Shown: one piece after another, positions 26,316 to 38,375 of the stretch
Numbering within the stretch: position 1 is the stretch's first letter
Layout: every line of letters starts with the position of its first letter
Assembly (NCBI GenBank): GCA_052327205.1
Contig: CM126207.1
Coordinates: forward strand, 189,906,001 to 189,970,000
Length of the DNA: 64,000 bases
DNA from: Somniosus microcephalus
Lineage: Eukaryota
Direction of reading: 5' to 3'
The notes under the pieces: model-generated
Told to the model about the DNA's origin: nothing
What the model saw: the letters and a program-made list of their open reading frames with translations, nothing else
Databases searched by the model: none
Position numbers and translations under genes: made by a program

Positions 26316-26592
26316 GAAAGCACTGCTACACGTTCTCTCTAACTGTATTTGACATTCTGTTCATTGACAAGTAGAACTGAGCTTGGTTTCAGTTGTGAGC
26401 TGTTGTTTTGGGGGGAACACACAGACTATAGTATTGGGAGGGTGCACATGCCACATGTTGTTTAGCATCTTTTGAGATAACCAAGGAACTGGTATGGTGA
26501 GGACACCCACCTTTCAAAGAATGAGAGTTACTCTGCTGAGCAATCAAACTCTTTGTTTTTCATCCCTGGGCTGATTCTCTTTCTCTGTTTAG

Positions 26593-26741
26593 GAGGAGTA
26601 TGAAGAAAGGATACATGGAACTTTACGACTTAAATCGAGATTTGATAAATGGTTACAAGATTCGCTGTAACAACCACACTGAGCTTTTGAGCTGTCTGCG
26701 AGCAGTGAATCAGGCTATACAGAGGGCAGGGCGCCTACGAG
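26593..26741 (+). CDS. BBS2: BBS2 exon (human exon 16 equivalent), 149 bp
   Basis: ctctgtttag|GAGGAGT...CGAG|gtgagt. Encodes [49 protein letters not shown](V). Confidence 0.96.
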
Positions 26742-27264
26742 GTGAGTTAAGGGGTAGTATCATGACCTCTGCAGTAAACACGAATGGTTAGAAAGATAAC
26801 TAGTAGAAATGAAAAGAGAGTGCAAACAGGGCAGATACCTGGTGGTGCGAGTTTCCAAACCTTTTTCCTGTACCTAACTCCCTGGAGACTGGTGCACGCA
26901 GGACATTAGGAAAAGGAAAATCGGCCCCACTGACTCCTCCCTGAAGTGTTCAAAAGGTGTTGGGTTAGTCTGTGATTCAGCAGAGTTTGGAGGTAGGAAA
27001 ACATGGAAACCTGGTCAGTTGAGACCTGACCAAGCAAGCTGGGTGGGCTGAATTCCCTGTTCCTTTTGTCAAATTCAGCACTTAATAAATAATACGAAAA
27101 GCTACGCATTACGCACAGAGGTGTCCATTAGTAAAGGTGAAAAATACAAAGAATTGGGTGTGATTGTGAACACTCCCCAATCACTGAAAGCTTCTAGTCT
27201 ACTTGAAACTGTCGATTAGACTAACCTGGATGTATATCTAGAGCCTTTGACTGTAAGTGAAACA

Positions 27265-27850
27265 GTTAGAATCATAGAAATTTATGGCACAGAAGGAGGC
27301 CATTCAGTCCATGTCTTTACCGGCTGAAAAAGAGCTATCCAGCCTAATCCCACTTTCCAGCTCTTGGTCCATAGCCCTGTAGGTTCTGGAACTTCAAGTG
27401 CATATACAATTACTTTTTAAACATGATTAGGGTTTCTGCCTCCGCCACCCTTTCAGGCAGTGAGTTCCAGACTCCCACCACCCTCTGGGTGAAAAAGTTC
27501 TCCTCAACTCCCCTCTAATCCTTCTACCAATTACTTTAAATCTATGCCCCCTGGTTATTTGCTAAGAGAAACCGGACCTTCCTATCCACTCTATCTAGGC
27601 CCCTCATAATTTTATACACCTCAATCAAGTCTCCCCTCAGCCTCCTCCTGTTCCAAAGAAAACAACCTCAGCCTATCCAATCTTTCCTCACAGCTAAAAT
27701 TCTGCAGTCCTGGCAACATCCTCATAAATCTCCTCTGTACCCTCTCTAGTGCAATCACATCTTTCCTGTAATGTGGTGACCGGAACTGTACACAGTACTC
27801 TAGCTGTGGCCTAACTAGTGATTTATACTAGTTCATCACAACCTTCTTTA
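27265..27850 (-). mobile_element. CR1 3' fragment, same family as 3664-6660
   Basis: Near-collinear with 3664-4220 (aagagctatccagcctaatcccactttccagc and onward). Confidence 0.9.
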
Positions 27851-28220
27851 GATTTGTAATATTGCATACATCTGCCCGTTACATTATAGAGTGCAAGCTT
27901 GTGCATCACCCTCCCAGTCTCTAGTAATGCTAACTTCTGGGGAAGGCAAAAAAAAAATCCTTTGGTCAGTTTCAGGAAAACCCCGGGGAAATGTGTATTA
28001 TTGTGCAATGGCCTCTGTTCAGCAAGAAACAAAATTGTCATTAATTTAAACATAGAAAATAGTCCGTTTCATGATCACTTTCTATTGACTGAAAACTGCC
28101 TGACTGCTACTTTATGTGAAAGGGTTAAACTGATTTGGTTACTATTGAACTGAAGGTGTCCTTGGCGCATTGAAGCCATTTCATTCTCTAACACTTTCTT
28201 TTTGCATCATTATCTTCCAG

Positions 28221-28327
28221 TTGGGAAGCCCAAGACCCAGGTGGTCTCTGCTTGCCGAGACGCCATCAAAAATAACAATGTCAATGCGCTTTTCAAAATT
28301 ATTCGTGCTGGCAGTGCCTCATCCTGA
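28221..28327 (+). CDS. BBS2: BBS2 last coding exon (107 bp to stop)
   Basis: tatcttccag|TTGGGAAG...TCCTGA. Encodes (V)[34 protein letters not shown], matching the BBS2 C-terminus. Confidence 0.95.
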
Positions 28328-28712
28328 AAAGGTTAATAGGTCAGAGGTTATTGACCAAGGCAACAGTGGAGCTAGAGTTGGTTCATAAACAGCGAAGAAG
28401 CAGAGAAGCAACAAATGTGCTGAGTTGATTGTGTCAACTCCAAGCCATCGCCGGCAAATCCAGCTGGGTGACCAGGACTGTCTCGAGTGTAACCGTCATA
28501 TGGTCTAGATATCACTGGATCAGTGAGTAAAGTACAACAGTTACCAGCATGTCTCAAGCTATGAAAAAGGGAAATAGGATTTAAAATATAGCACTAAATG
28601 TTAAAAAAGTGAATAGATTTGGTTTACTCTGTACATCTATTCACTCTCCCAGTAACCCCGCCCACCCTCTAAGTTCCCTATCCCACAGCCATCTCCCATC
28701 CACCCTTACTAC

Positions 28713-28957
28713 TGTTGGATCAACTGAGTAGATTCATCTAAATTATATAGGTTCGGACACTAGCTTTATTAATATTGATAGAAAGTATGAACAAGTCTAT
28801 TATCTTACAAGTAGGATATGCATCGGGGTTTCAAACTACTAATCAATCCAGGCGAGTTCTCAGCACAGAATATCAACTATCTACCAGAAACCGTGCATAT
28901 TTATACACTTAGATGGACAATGTCAGATGACTTGCTCTGAACCCCTCAATTCTAACA
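28713..28957 (-). mobile_element. Possible solo LTR (245 bp) downstream of the BBS2 stop
   Basis: Ends tgttgga...tctaaca (TG...CA inverted termini). On the minus strand TATAAATA (28898-28905) precedes AATAAA (28765-28770). No TSD seen. Confidence 0.4.
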
Positions 28958-29677
28958 ATATTGTCATATGATCCTTACGTGTCATATGCTACTAGACCAG
29001 TAGATGGCTATGTTACACCACATACACTTCATTCTCACTAGAATTATATTTCTTCTCAGTAAAACATAAGACAATTTTGCACGGTTATAAAATCACAGTT
29101 CCAGAATAATAACAACTTACACCAGACATGTTGTCCCCAAACTAGCCATAATTCTTTATACAAACTCTTCAATGCTTCTTGTGTTGTCAGTTTAAGGCAT
29201 CTTATCTGCTTGCTTAGCTTTGGCCTGCAGAATCCTAACAACTTAATCTAAACCATGCGTTAGTCTCTATATTACAGAATGCACTCTCAATACAAATATA
29301 TTAACACTGACTTCTGCACACCCAGTGTACATCTGTGGTTTCTACATGTCCTTTACTGTAGCCCTCTATGCTAACTATCCCATGATACCTTTTTATTGAT
29401 GCCAAGCTGTTAACCTATTATTACACACTGTCCTACAACTACCCACATATCTGCAACCTTGTTCATCCCCAACCAAATTGCTACATTCCACAGCAGCCAC
29501 ACTCGCTTTTTCCCACCAGTCCACTCTGCTCTCACCAGTCCCCTATCAACCCAACCACCCTCAATAATCCAACATCCACTATCCTCTACTCCGCCTCAGC
29601 CATTCTTGCTATCTGCTGTTCTGTATACCTATTTAGTTCTGTCAATGTTCCAAATGAATTCTTCCCAAGATACTGTC

Positions 29678-30115
29678 AGCTGTCGCTCAGTTGGTAGCAC
29701 TCTTGCCTCTGAGGCAGCAGGTTGTGGGTTCAAGTCCCACTCCATGAGACCTGAGCACAAAATCTAGGCTGATAGTGCAGTGCTGAGGGAGTGCTGCACT
29801 GTCGGAGGTGCCGTCCTTCGGATGAGACGTTAAACCGAGGCCCCGTCTGCTCTCGGGTGGACGTAAAAGATCCCATGGCACTGTTTCGAAGAAGAGCAGG
29901 GGAGTTCTCTCCAGTGTCCTTCAACCAACATCACTAAAACATTATCTGGTCATTATCACATTGCTGTTTGTGGGAACTTGCTAAATGCAATTTGGCTGTC
30001 GCGTTTCCTACATTACAACAGTAACTACACTTCAAAAAAGTAATTAATTGGCTGTAAAGTACTTTGGGACGTCCTGAGGTTGTGAAAGGTGCTATATAAA
30101 TGCAAGTCTTTTCTT
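29678..30115 (+). mobile_element. Nearly full-length Deu-domain tRNA-derived SINE (SacSINE1-like)
   Basis: Box A gctcagttggtagc, box B ggttcaagtccc, central gatgagacgttaaaccgaggcccc...aaagatcccatggcact, tail ctatataaatgcaagtctttt. Confidence 0.9.
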
Positions 30116-30599
30116 TTACTCCTGAAGGTACCAGGAAAGCAACTTTATATCTCATTTTACTGGTGTTTGCTGTCTGTACATCGTATCTTCTAGTAAATTG
30201 TAATAAAAGATGTTGAAGGGGTAAATGCTGTTGCAGACATCCGTGATTTGAGTTGAAGTTCATGGTAGCGTGACCTCCTAGTGTTCTGTCTTCCATCGAT
30301 TTGCTTACTAAATGGGGAACCTATCAAGTATGGAGGGTCAAGGGGGAATAACTTAGGACAGGTTTTTTTCTCCCAGATCTTTGAAAATAGATTCTTAGGA
30401 TCCAGGAAAATTATTTAATGCCCAGCTTAAAGTGAGCTAGAAGAGGAATTGGACATACAGTGGGTTGCACACTCACTGCCTTTCACCTTTTTTGAACTGT
30501 TCCAATCCAGCTCAGATGAGCTGAACATCTCCTCTGCTGGTTGTAAGGGTGCGACATGAAGTTAGTTTGGACAGCAAACATTGCTGTTACAAAGTGCCA

Positions 30600-32590
30600 T
30601 TAATATCTTTAGTCACTTCACATGGAGGGGAAAAACAAACATCAAGTATAAATTACAAAGTTAGGAGAGGTGACCAAGGGCATTGTCAAGTATATAGGTA
30701 TTGAGATGATATTTCAGGGCAGAGAGAGGGTGGAGTGGTTTTGGGAGAGAGGGTGTAGAGCTGAGACAGCTGAAAGTTCTCTCACCAATATTAGAATGGA
30801 GGAAAGGGAATATGCAGGAAGCCAGAGTTGGATGCTCAAAGAGCTTCGGAGGGGACATAAGGGTGAAAGAGGTAAGATGGGACAAGGCCATGGAGGTTAT
30901 GTAGATAAGTATGAGGATTTTGAAATCAATTTGTTAGGGATTGGAAGCCAGTGTAAGTCAACAAGAGTGATGGGCAGGTGGGACAGCATGTGGACAATGC
31001 AATTTAATGATTTGAAGTTTGTCGAGGGTGAACTTGGGAGGCTGCCGAAGAAGGTGCATGAAAAATAGGGTCTAGAGGTGACAAAGGTCTGGATAAGCTG
31101 GGTGGGCATGTGTGCTGTGAGGAGGATGCTGAGAAACTCCAGTATGATTTGGACAGGTTGGGTGATTGGGCAGAAGCATGGCAGATGCAGTATAATGTGG
31201 ATAAATGTGAGGTTATCTATCCACTTTGGTGGCAAAAACAGGAAGGCAGATTATTATCTGAATGGCAATAGAGTGGGAGAAGGGGAAGTGCAACGAGACC
31301 TGGGTGTCCTTGTGCACCAGTCGCTGAAGGTAAGCATGCAGGTGCAGCAGGCGGTTAAGAAGGCAAATGGTATGTTGGCCTTTGTAGCGAGAGGGTTAGA
31401 GTACAGGAACAAGGATGTCTTGCTGCAGTTGTACAGGGCCTTGGTGAGACCACACCTTGAGTATTGTGTGCAGTTTTGGTCGCCTTATCTGAGGAAGAAT
31501 GTTCTGGCCATGGAGGGAGCGCAGCGAAGATTCACCAGACTGATACCTGGGATGGCAGGAATGACGTATGAGGGGGGATTGGGTTGATACTCGCTGGAGT
31601 TTAGAAGAATGAGAGGGGATCTCATTGAAACTTTTATAAAATTCTAACAGGACTAGACAGACTTGATGCAGGAAGGATGTTCCCGATGGTTGGGGAGTCC
31701 AGAACCAGGGGTCACAGTCTAAGGATAAGGGGTAAGCCATTTAGGACAGAGATGAGGAATTTCTTCACCCAAAGAGTGGTGAACCTGTGGAATTCTCTAC
31801 CACAGAAGGCAGTTGAGGCCAATTCATTAAATATATTCAAGAAGGAGTTAGATATATTTCTTAAGGCTAAAGGGATATGGGGAGAAGGCAGGGACAGGGT
31901 ACTGAATTTGGATGATCAGCCATGATCTCATTAAATGGCGGAGCAGGCTCGAGGGGCCGAATGGCCTACTCCTGCTCCTATCTTCTATGTTTCTATAAGG
32001 GTTTTGGCTGCAGTGTGACTGAGGAAGACAGAGGTTGGCTGTTGTAGAAGATAATGTAAGTAGGGTTATCACAGCTAGAATATGATGTTTGAAACTCAGC
32101 TCTTGGTCAAGCAAGAGACAGTGTTGTGGTGTACAGTCTGTTGCAGCCTTAAGCGAGCAGTCAGTGAGGAGACTGTTGGTGGCAAGGCACAGCGTTTTTA
32201 GTAGGTGTTGAATACAATGACTTTCATCTTCCTAATGTTCAACTATAGGAAATTTTAGCTCGTCCATGACTCAATCTCAGCCAGTCTGAGGTAGTCAAGG
32301 GAAGTGATGCAGAGGTAGACCTGGGTGAGAACAAGCCCCATGCCCCTCTATTATAATAATATCAATAAGCAACATGTAAATTAGGAAAGAGGGTGCGAAG
32401 GACAGAATTTTGGGATACCGAATCTTTGGGTACACTGAAAGTGATCGTACAAGGTAGGAGTAGCCATGGCTGGAGCAGCACTGGCTGCATTGGGCTAGTT
32501 AGAATTGGAAATAAGCATGTGCAATCTCACAAAAGTGGACCATGGAGGAGGATGATGTGATCGACCGCACTGAATGCCACCGAGAGGCAA
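30600..32590 (-). mobile_element. Old L2-clade LINE fragment, split by a young CR1
   Basis: Minus-strand translation LIQTFVTSRPYFS...PITLVDLHWLPIPNK resembles the L2 ORF2 C-terminus. The host is continuous across ggtctggata|agggttttggc. Confidence 0.8.
31095..31995 (+). mobile_element. Young 5'-truncated CR1 (about 0.9 kb)
   Basis: Nearly identical to 1200-2080; ataag occurs at both junctions. Confidence 0.95.
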
Positions 32591-33059
32591 CATTCCCACT
32601 AAGCTGTGCAGCCATCAGCAAGGTCCCACATAGGTCGCTCACTGACCCTTTACATTGTAGGTACCGTGCATGCACAAAAATTTGAATGGTCCACGCATTG
32701 GAGGAGGCAGCCCGCGGTGGAGGCCGTGCAGTTTACGGGGGAGATTGGCGAGAGGTCAAGGAGGGAGACTGCCAAGATCAACCCAATTTCTAATGGACAG
32801 TGGCCCAACTTAGCACTAAACTGCCATTTAATTTGCAGATCAGAGTGGCTCATGTGGAAAGTGGAAATATATCGCTTGTGCAATATGGAGTGGCCTTTGG
32901 TAGTCAGGGCTGAGGCACGTTATGCTATACTTGACCTGAAAGTGTTTGATGTTCCTAGTGGGTGCCCAAAATGGAAAGTGTCTGCCCCCAGCACAAATAC
33001 CCCATGCCTCGATGAACACAAATTCATAAAAGGCCATTTTAAAAAAACAGACATATTCT

Positions 33060-33300
33060 CCATCTCTGTTATGTAGACTAGGAATATTGCAGGTTCGATC
33101 CTCAGTCCATTAACTGATCTCAGCTGGGAAACCAGTAAGGACACGGTCGGTCTCGGTGCCCAGGTTAGTGAAAGGAAGGCTTGGCCAGAGTTTGCCTGCG
33201 CTGTTGCCCACTGTCGGATCACACGATGTTACTCACTCAGAGGCTACTTGAGCGAAGTACCAGAGGGTGACCAGCACCTGTGTAACTGTTCCCCAAGGGG
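33060..33300 (+). mobile_element. tRNA-type SINE family B, decayed
   Basis: caggttcgatcctcagtccattaactgatctcagctggg. Confidence 0.5.
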
Positions 33301-33413
33301 ACAATGCTAAAAGGAGGGGAGGAGAGAAAATCGCAGCAGAAAAGGTGAAGAAACCTGCACCGAGTGACAGATGTTTTCCTTGCCTTCAATGTGAGGGCCA
33401 AGACACAACCGGT

Positions 33414-33436
33414 TTTAATTCCACACTGATTTTATT
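33414..33436 (-). promoter_or_regulatory. Candidate NDRG4 polyadenylation signal (3' UTR about 0.8 kb)
   Basis: Minus strand AATAAA (33431-33436), then ATTAAA (33414-33419), followed by a GU-rich ttgtgtctt. Confidence 0.55.
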
Positions 33437-34213
33437 ATTTTCATAAACATAGTAATTAGGTATACTGACAGTGAATTAACTATCAATAGTGGCATTCACA
33501 GCCGTGGTTAGGTATCAGATCAACAGCAACCACAACAAAGGATCATTTATACAAAAGAAAGTATCTGAACGGCACTACGATTATCACAAAGACCAGAACA
33601 TGAGACTCACGGCAACCTTTGACCTCTTCATTTTATCATTTTCCAAACTGCAGAGGAGGGGGAATAAAAGTATCTACAAAACAGTGAGTTATGGAGCCAG
33701 ATTCACTATTTGCAGTGATCAGAGCAACTTATTGCATCCTGTGTTACTGAAAGCAAAAAGTACATAGACCATCTAGAACAGTTAGTTAACACACCAATGC
33801 TAGGAAATGCCTCCACATTTAAGTAGCTCAAAGTGTGATGCTTTCCCATTGCAATAGTTAAAAGAATTGAATACGAGAGCACTATTACATTGGCACAATC
33901 TAATATGTACCATGGCACTGATTGACTGGAGAAATACAGGACTCATGAAGGCCTGCGAACAGGTTGGAGAGGCTCAGGCAGCTACATTTACCAAAATAAA
34001 ATTCACTGATTGTAACTCATGCAGAAAAAAAGCTGTAGACAGCCTTTTAATTAAGTTAGGCTAGAAAATCACAGACTGCTACACTGTGAAGGAATGAAGC
34101 AATCCCTACTCTTTATGTTTTAACTGCTCCATACTAATATGGAATAGAAATCCTTTTGTTGTGTGGGTTGGGTTCGGCCACGTTCTTGTTTTCGACATTC
34201 GATCGATCACCTT

Positions 34214-34380
34214 TTAGCATGACACCTCCATGGTGTGTGAGATGTTCGGAGTCACCTGGCCCACACTGTCGCTGCTGTTGGTTTGGGTGCAGATACGTGG
34301 ACGGTGTCCCTCTACCGAGGTGGCGCTGGTCAGCGAGGCTGTGCGTGAACGAGCCAGCCGAGTCATACTAGCAGATGCCA
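34214..34380 (-). CDS. NDRG4: NDRG4 last coding exon
   Basis: Minus strand ctctctcttcag|TGGCATCT...TGCTAA. Encodes ASASMTRLARSRTASLTSATSVEGHRPRICTQTNSSDSVGQVTPNISHTMEVSC*. The MEVSC end is NDRG-typical and RLARSRTASLTS is NDRG4-type. Confidence 0.94.
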
Positions 34381-36229
34381 CTGAAGAGAGAGAGAGGGAA
34401 GTCACAATTCACAACATAACTCGGTAAACCCAGTATTTCAGCCAAAGGTTTAAAGTATTAGTGGAGCAGCAATCTGAGGAACCTTGCACTGAGGCTCAAG
34501 CAATGAGGGCAGCCACAGGGGGTTTGTTCAATGGTTCTTAGAAAACCAGACAATATGTGTCCCCTATAGGCACCCATACCACATTTTACATAGTTTGCCT
34601 AGAACAAAGCACGGTTGTGACATGCCATTTGGAGCGGTACTCAAAAAAGTCATGCATTTAGTTTCCAATGGAGCTTCATAAGTCTGTCATGCGAGTGATG
34701 TTACTGTCTCACAGCCTTCACGTGCAAGTTCGGGCCTAGACTCAGGCCAGTATCTACATTCCTGGCAGAGAGCAGCCAGAGTCCAGGATTGCAATGTGCA
34801 TTTATTAGCAAACGTGCAGTGATGCATACCTTTTGCCCAAAGCATCCATGTAACAGCCAGAGGAGCTGTTGCAGCTCTGAAACGTGTTCCTATCTCCCAC
34901 TACAGCAGAGAAGCAATTTGTTCTATTCGCTACCCTAGTTGTTACTTACTCTGTCCTTTCACCATTCACCAGCCCGGAGTGCAGGCAGGTGCCCTACTCA
35001 CAGGTTTCCCCCTCTCCTGTGATCAACTCACACTGAAGGACAAGCATAACGACATCCTGCATCAAGTCCCTCCCTCCGGGGAGGTACTGTAGCTCTCGGC
35101 ACTTCCCACTGACGTTCTGCCTGAAATTGGGGACTGGAAGGTAGAACTTGTGATTCTCGACATATCATCATCTACCACTCAATGTCATCAGGGCAATTTG
35201 CCAACACTGCGCCACCAGATTGGAAGGACAGTAGAATTAAATGAGAATGAATTGCCCGAGGTCATGTTTGGGAAACCAGAAATTGGAACCCCAAGGGCTC
35301 TTCTCCATGCCTCAGACTTAAGAGCATAAGAAAAAGTGAAGTCTGGAAAATAGCCATTCAGCACACTGAGCATATGCTCCGACATTTAATTCACGCAGCC
35401 TAGGATCCATCTGCGTCTTGAACTCCCGCCCCCATGTCGATTCTACAGTCCTACCTATCACTGAGTAAAGACATTTTTCTACAATCTGTTTTAAATTTAT
35501 ATCCCCGGTCCCACTGGGCCAACTTACCTATAAGGTAATATGTTGGGTTCATCTTCTCTATATCAATTAATGCTTTATATAACTCAGTGCACCTAGGCCG
35601 CCTCCTCATAATGTTTCTAAATTGTAACACTCGAGTTTTCCTAATCTTCTCCTCATGATTTATCACCGTTAAACTACACTTTCCAATAACTTATTTTATA
35701 CTAAAACAAAAACAAAATACTGCCGATGCTGGAAATCCGATTTCCAACGTATTTAATATTTATTTTAAAAAATATATTTTTGGTGATATCTGAACTATTG
35801 TAGGCTGCTTTGGTGTGCTACTCCCATTCTATTCAGATCGTCAGACTGCTGCTAAAATGCTCATGTTAAAATGCTCATGTGCTAGAGGAGCATCGCGAGC
35901 TGAATGATTAAACTGCAACCGCCTGCAGTGGGACACATCCTGCTTTATCTAAGTGGCTCAGATCTCTCATATTTTGCTTCAAAAATACTTGAACATCTTC
36001 CACTACAGGGTCAATCTGCTGCTTATTGTCAAATAGCTAACTAGCAGTTAGTGATTTTAATTATAAGCTCCTGCAGCAAATGGAGAGTGGAGCAATCAAC
36101 TGCTTAAACACTGCAGTCATTTCCCAATGAAACCAGTTACAGCAGCTGCTTCTGTCATTGTAATGCTGATTGAGATCAAAGTCTGGTTTTAAGCTGCAAA
36201 TATTGAAACCCCCCCCCCCACACAAAATA

Positions 36230-36410
36230 ATAGGTAACGTACAGCAGGTTTGTCAGCATCCGAAAGACAAGTTGACGTTGACGTTTTGGGTAGAAACCAT
36301 CAGAACTGATGGTAAACCAGATCTGCCCTGGGTCTCCTTGAAACATTAACCTGGCCTTTTTTCAGTCGTGGTTGGACCGGCTGTGTATTCCCACCATGTT
36401 GTGTTATTAT
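36230..36410. repeat. Decayed fold-back element (Penelope-terminus-like family)
   Basis: cagcagg...cagcatc...gttgacgtttt...ccatcagaactgatgg...gaaacattaac...ctgtgtattccca, same layout as 39260-39770. Confidence 0.55.
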
Positions 36411-37294
36411 TTATGCCTGTCTTCCCTTCTCTAACGAAAGCAGTGAATTGAACGCTGATTATGATTGTTACACCTAAGGCTCTGAATCGGAAGATCCTTC
36501 AGATTCCCAATATCCCAACATTGGCTTTATAGTCACCTTTTGCCAATTAAAAGAAACCAGACAGGAGGATGGAATTGGCGTGGGGCAGGCACACAACCAT
36601 CACGGCTTGACTTTGAGGTTTGAAATCCTACCACCGGCAGATTCTGAGACACAGGAGGACAATGGAAAACAAAGTACAATTCCGTTTTTAAAAACAAGAC
36701 TTTGGTGTCTGGTTGTTGTTTTGGAAATTTCCAAACAGAACAGAGTGGGGGGCAAACTTCCTTACATTCAATGAAACAAAATGGAGGAAAGGTTAATCAT
36801 AATGAAGATATTCTGCTCCCTGATGCCTCAACCACGCCGTAAATATGACTAGATAGGATACTTACTAAATGTGTTTGTGATGTCTTCTATCTGACTATCA
36901 TTATTATATTCACTGTATAACCAATTGGTTCATTTCCACAAGATCCATTGGACACCTTGTTCTATTTAAGGAAATAAAATACATATAGAAATATACACAC
37001 CCAAACCTCGCTGGAACTTAGAAAACACGAGAGTATTCAAGGCTCCCCAATGCTCAAGTGCGAGTGAATTTCGGTTAGAGGCCAATAATAGTAACACACA
37101 AATGTTGTGAAAGATGCGCATTGGCTGTCGCAAGCTGCAGCGAGATGGTGAGAAAGAGAACAGTTGAAGACCAAGTGACGGGCACAGATGGACAAGCACA
37201 GCTCATGCATTGCCGAGGGAAAGGGCCCGTGATGTGAAAGACAGGCTCGAGCGCAAGCAATGAAACAGTTCATGAAGAAACAGGAAACCGGTAC

Positions 37295-37333
37295 CTGCTC
37301 CACTACTCAGTCGTCTATCCACTAAATACGCAA
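37295..37333 (-). CDS. NDRG4: NDRG4 39-nt cassette (alternative) exon
   Basis: Minus strand tttcacgctcag|TTGCGTATTTAGTGGATAGACGACTGAGTAGTGGAGCAG|gtaccg. Symmetric phase 1-1, encoding (I)AYLVDRRLSSGA(V), close to the human 13-aa insert IAYLKDRRLSGGAV as recalled. Confidence 0.9.
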
Positions 37334-38375
37334 CTGAGCGTGAAATAAGGAGGTAGGAAACAGAACGTTACAGTCTACACCAAGAATACACGTGGACTCA
37401 TATCCAACTCATACAGGAACACACACAAGTACGCACGGTCTCAGCCAGCTGGGACATCTCGCTGGAATGCCCGGTTTTACTGAGGCTTTGACAGACATCT
37501 GGTGAACCAGAGATGCAGCGAGCTGCAATGATCAGGCTTGGCCCAGGACCCCATATTCCGCGTTTCACTCCCCCATTGCTCCAAGTATGGCCTAAGTTGT
37601 TATGTTAATATTACCTGTAAAAACTCAGGAGAGGGAGATCTGGTAATAAAGACAGTGCCATCCAGGCAGCAAGAAGCACCAGCCCTGAGGGGCTTATTAT
37701 TCAGGTGTCTTTAGAGAATAACGTTTGCCCTATCAGCATTTCCGTGTGCCTCAGGTACTGAACCCACGAAAGCGGGCTGATTTCTGGTGTCAGTTTGAAA
37801 TTACAGTATTATGGTAACATTCACACTCTACCAAATCAAACACTGTGCCCAGGACCCCTGCTGGTGCAGCAACTTGTCTGTTTGCTGAATTATTCCGCTG
37901 AACTGAACTCGCCATTTTGACTTTTTTTTGTATTGCCCAATTTATTTTCTCTTTTCTACCTTCCTCCTTAACTGGTCCAAAATGCAGGTGCCTGTATTGT
38001 GTCCCACGCCAAGTCCCACTTGCCCATCACTTGTATCCTACCCCACACTCTTCGGGTTAACTCTGCCCTCCTGTGCACCCCCTACTCCCCTTGCTTCAGC
38101 CGCCTCGACCCTACACTGGGCACTGTATAAACTTGTAATTACAGCACTCAACTTTTTGATTTAGCTCCTGTTTAAGGCTAAGTGCCACACAATAGAATTT
38201 TTTCGTGCAGCTTGATAAGTCGACATATATGCACCACTTGGTCAAGATTTATCCGGATATTCAATAACAAGTTATTTTTGATGCATTTTGTTACATCTTT
38301 ATAATAAATACTAGACTTTCATCGAACGCTTTTCTCCGCAGTACGAATTTGCAATGCTCGTAATGAGAACTCGCT

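Noticed and set aside
29678-29745. tRNA gene (box A and box B present)
   Set aside because: It is the tRNA-derived head of a SINE, continuous with the SINE body, and I see no convincing cloverleaf.
32606-33076. 156-aa intergenic ORF between BBS2 and NDRG4, considered as a possible OGFOD1 or metallothionein exon
   Set aside because: No recognisable motif, non-ATG start, and it lies amid decayed repeat sequence.
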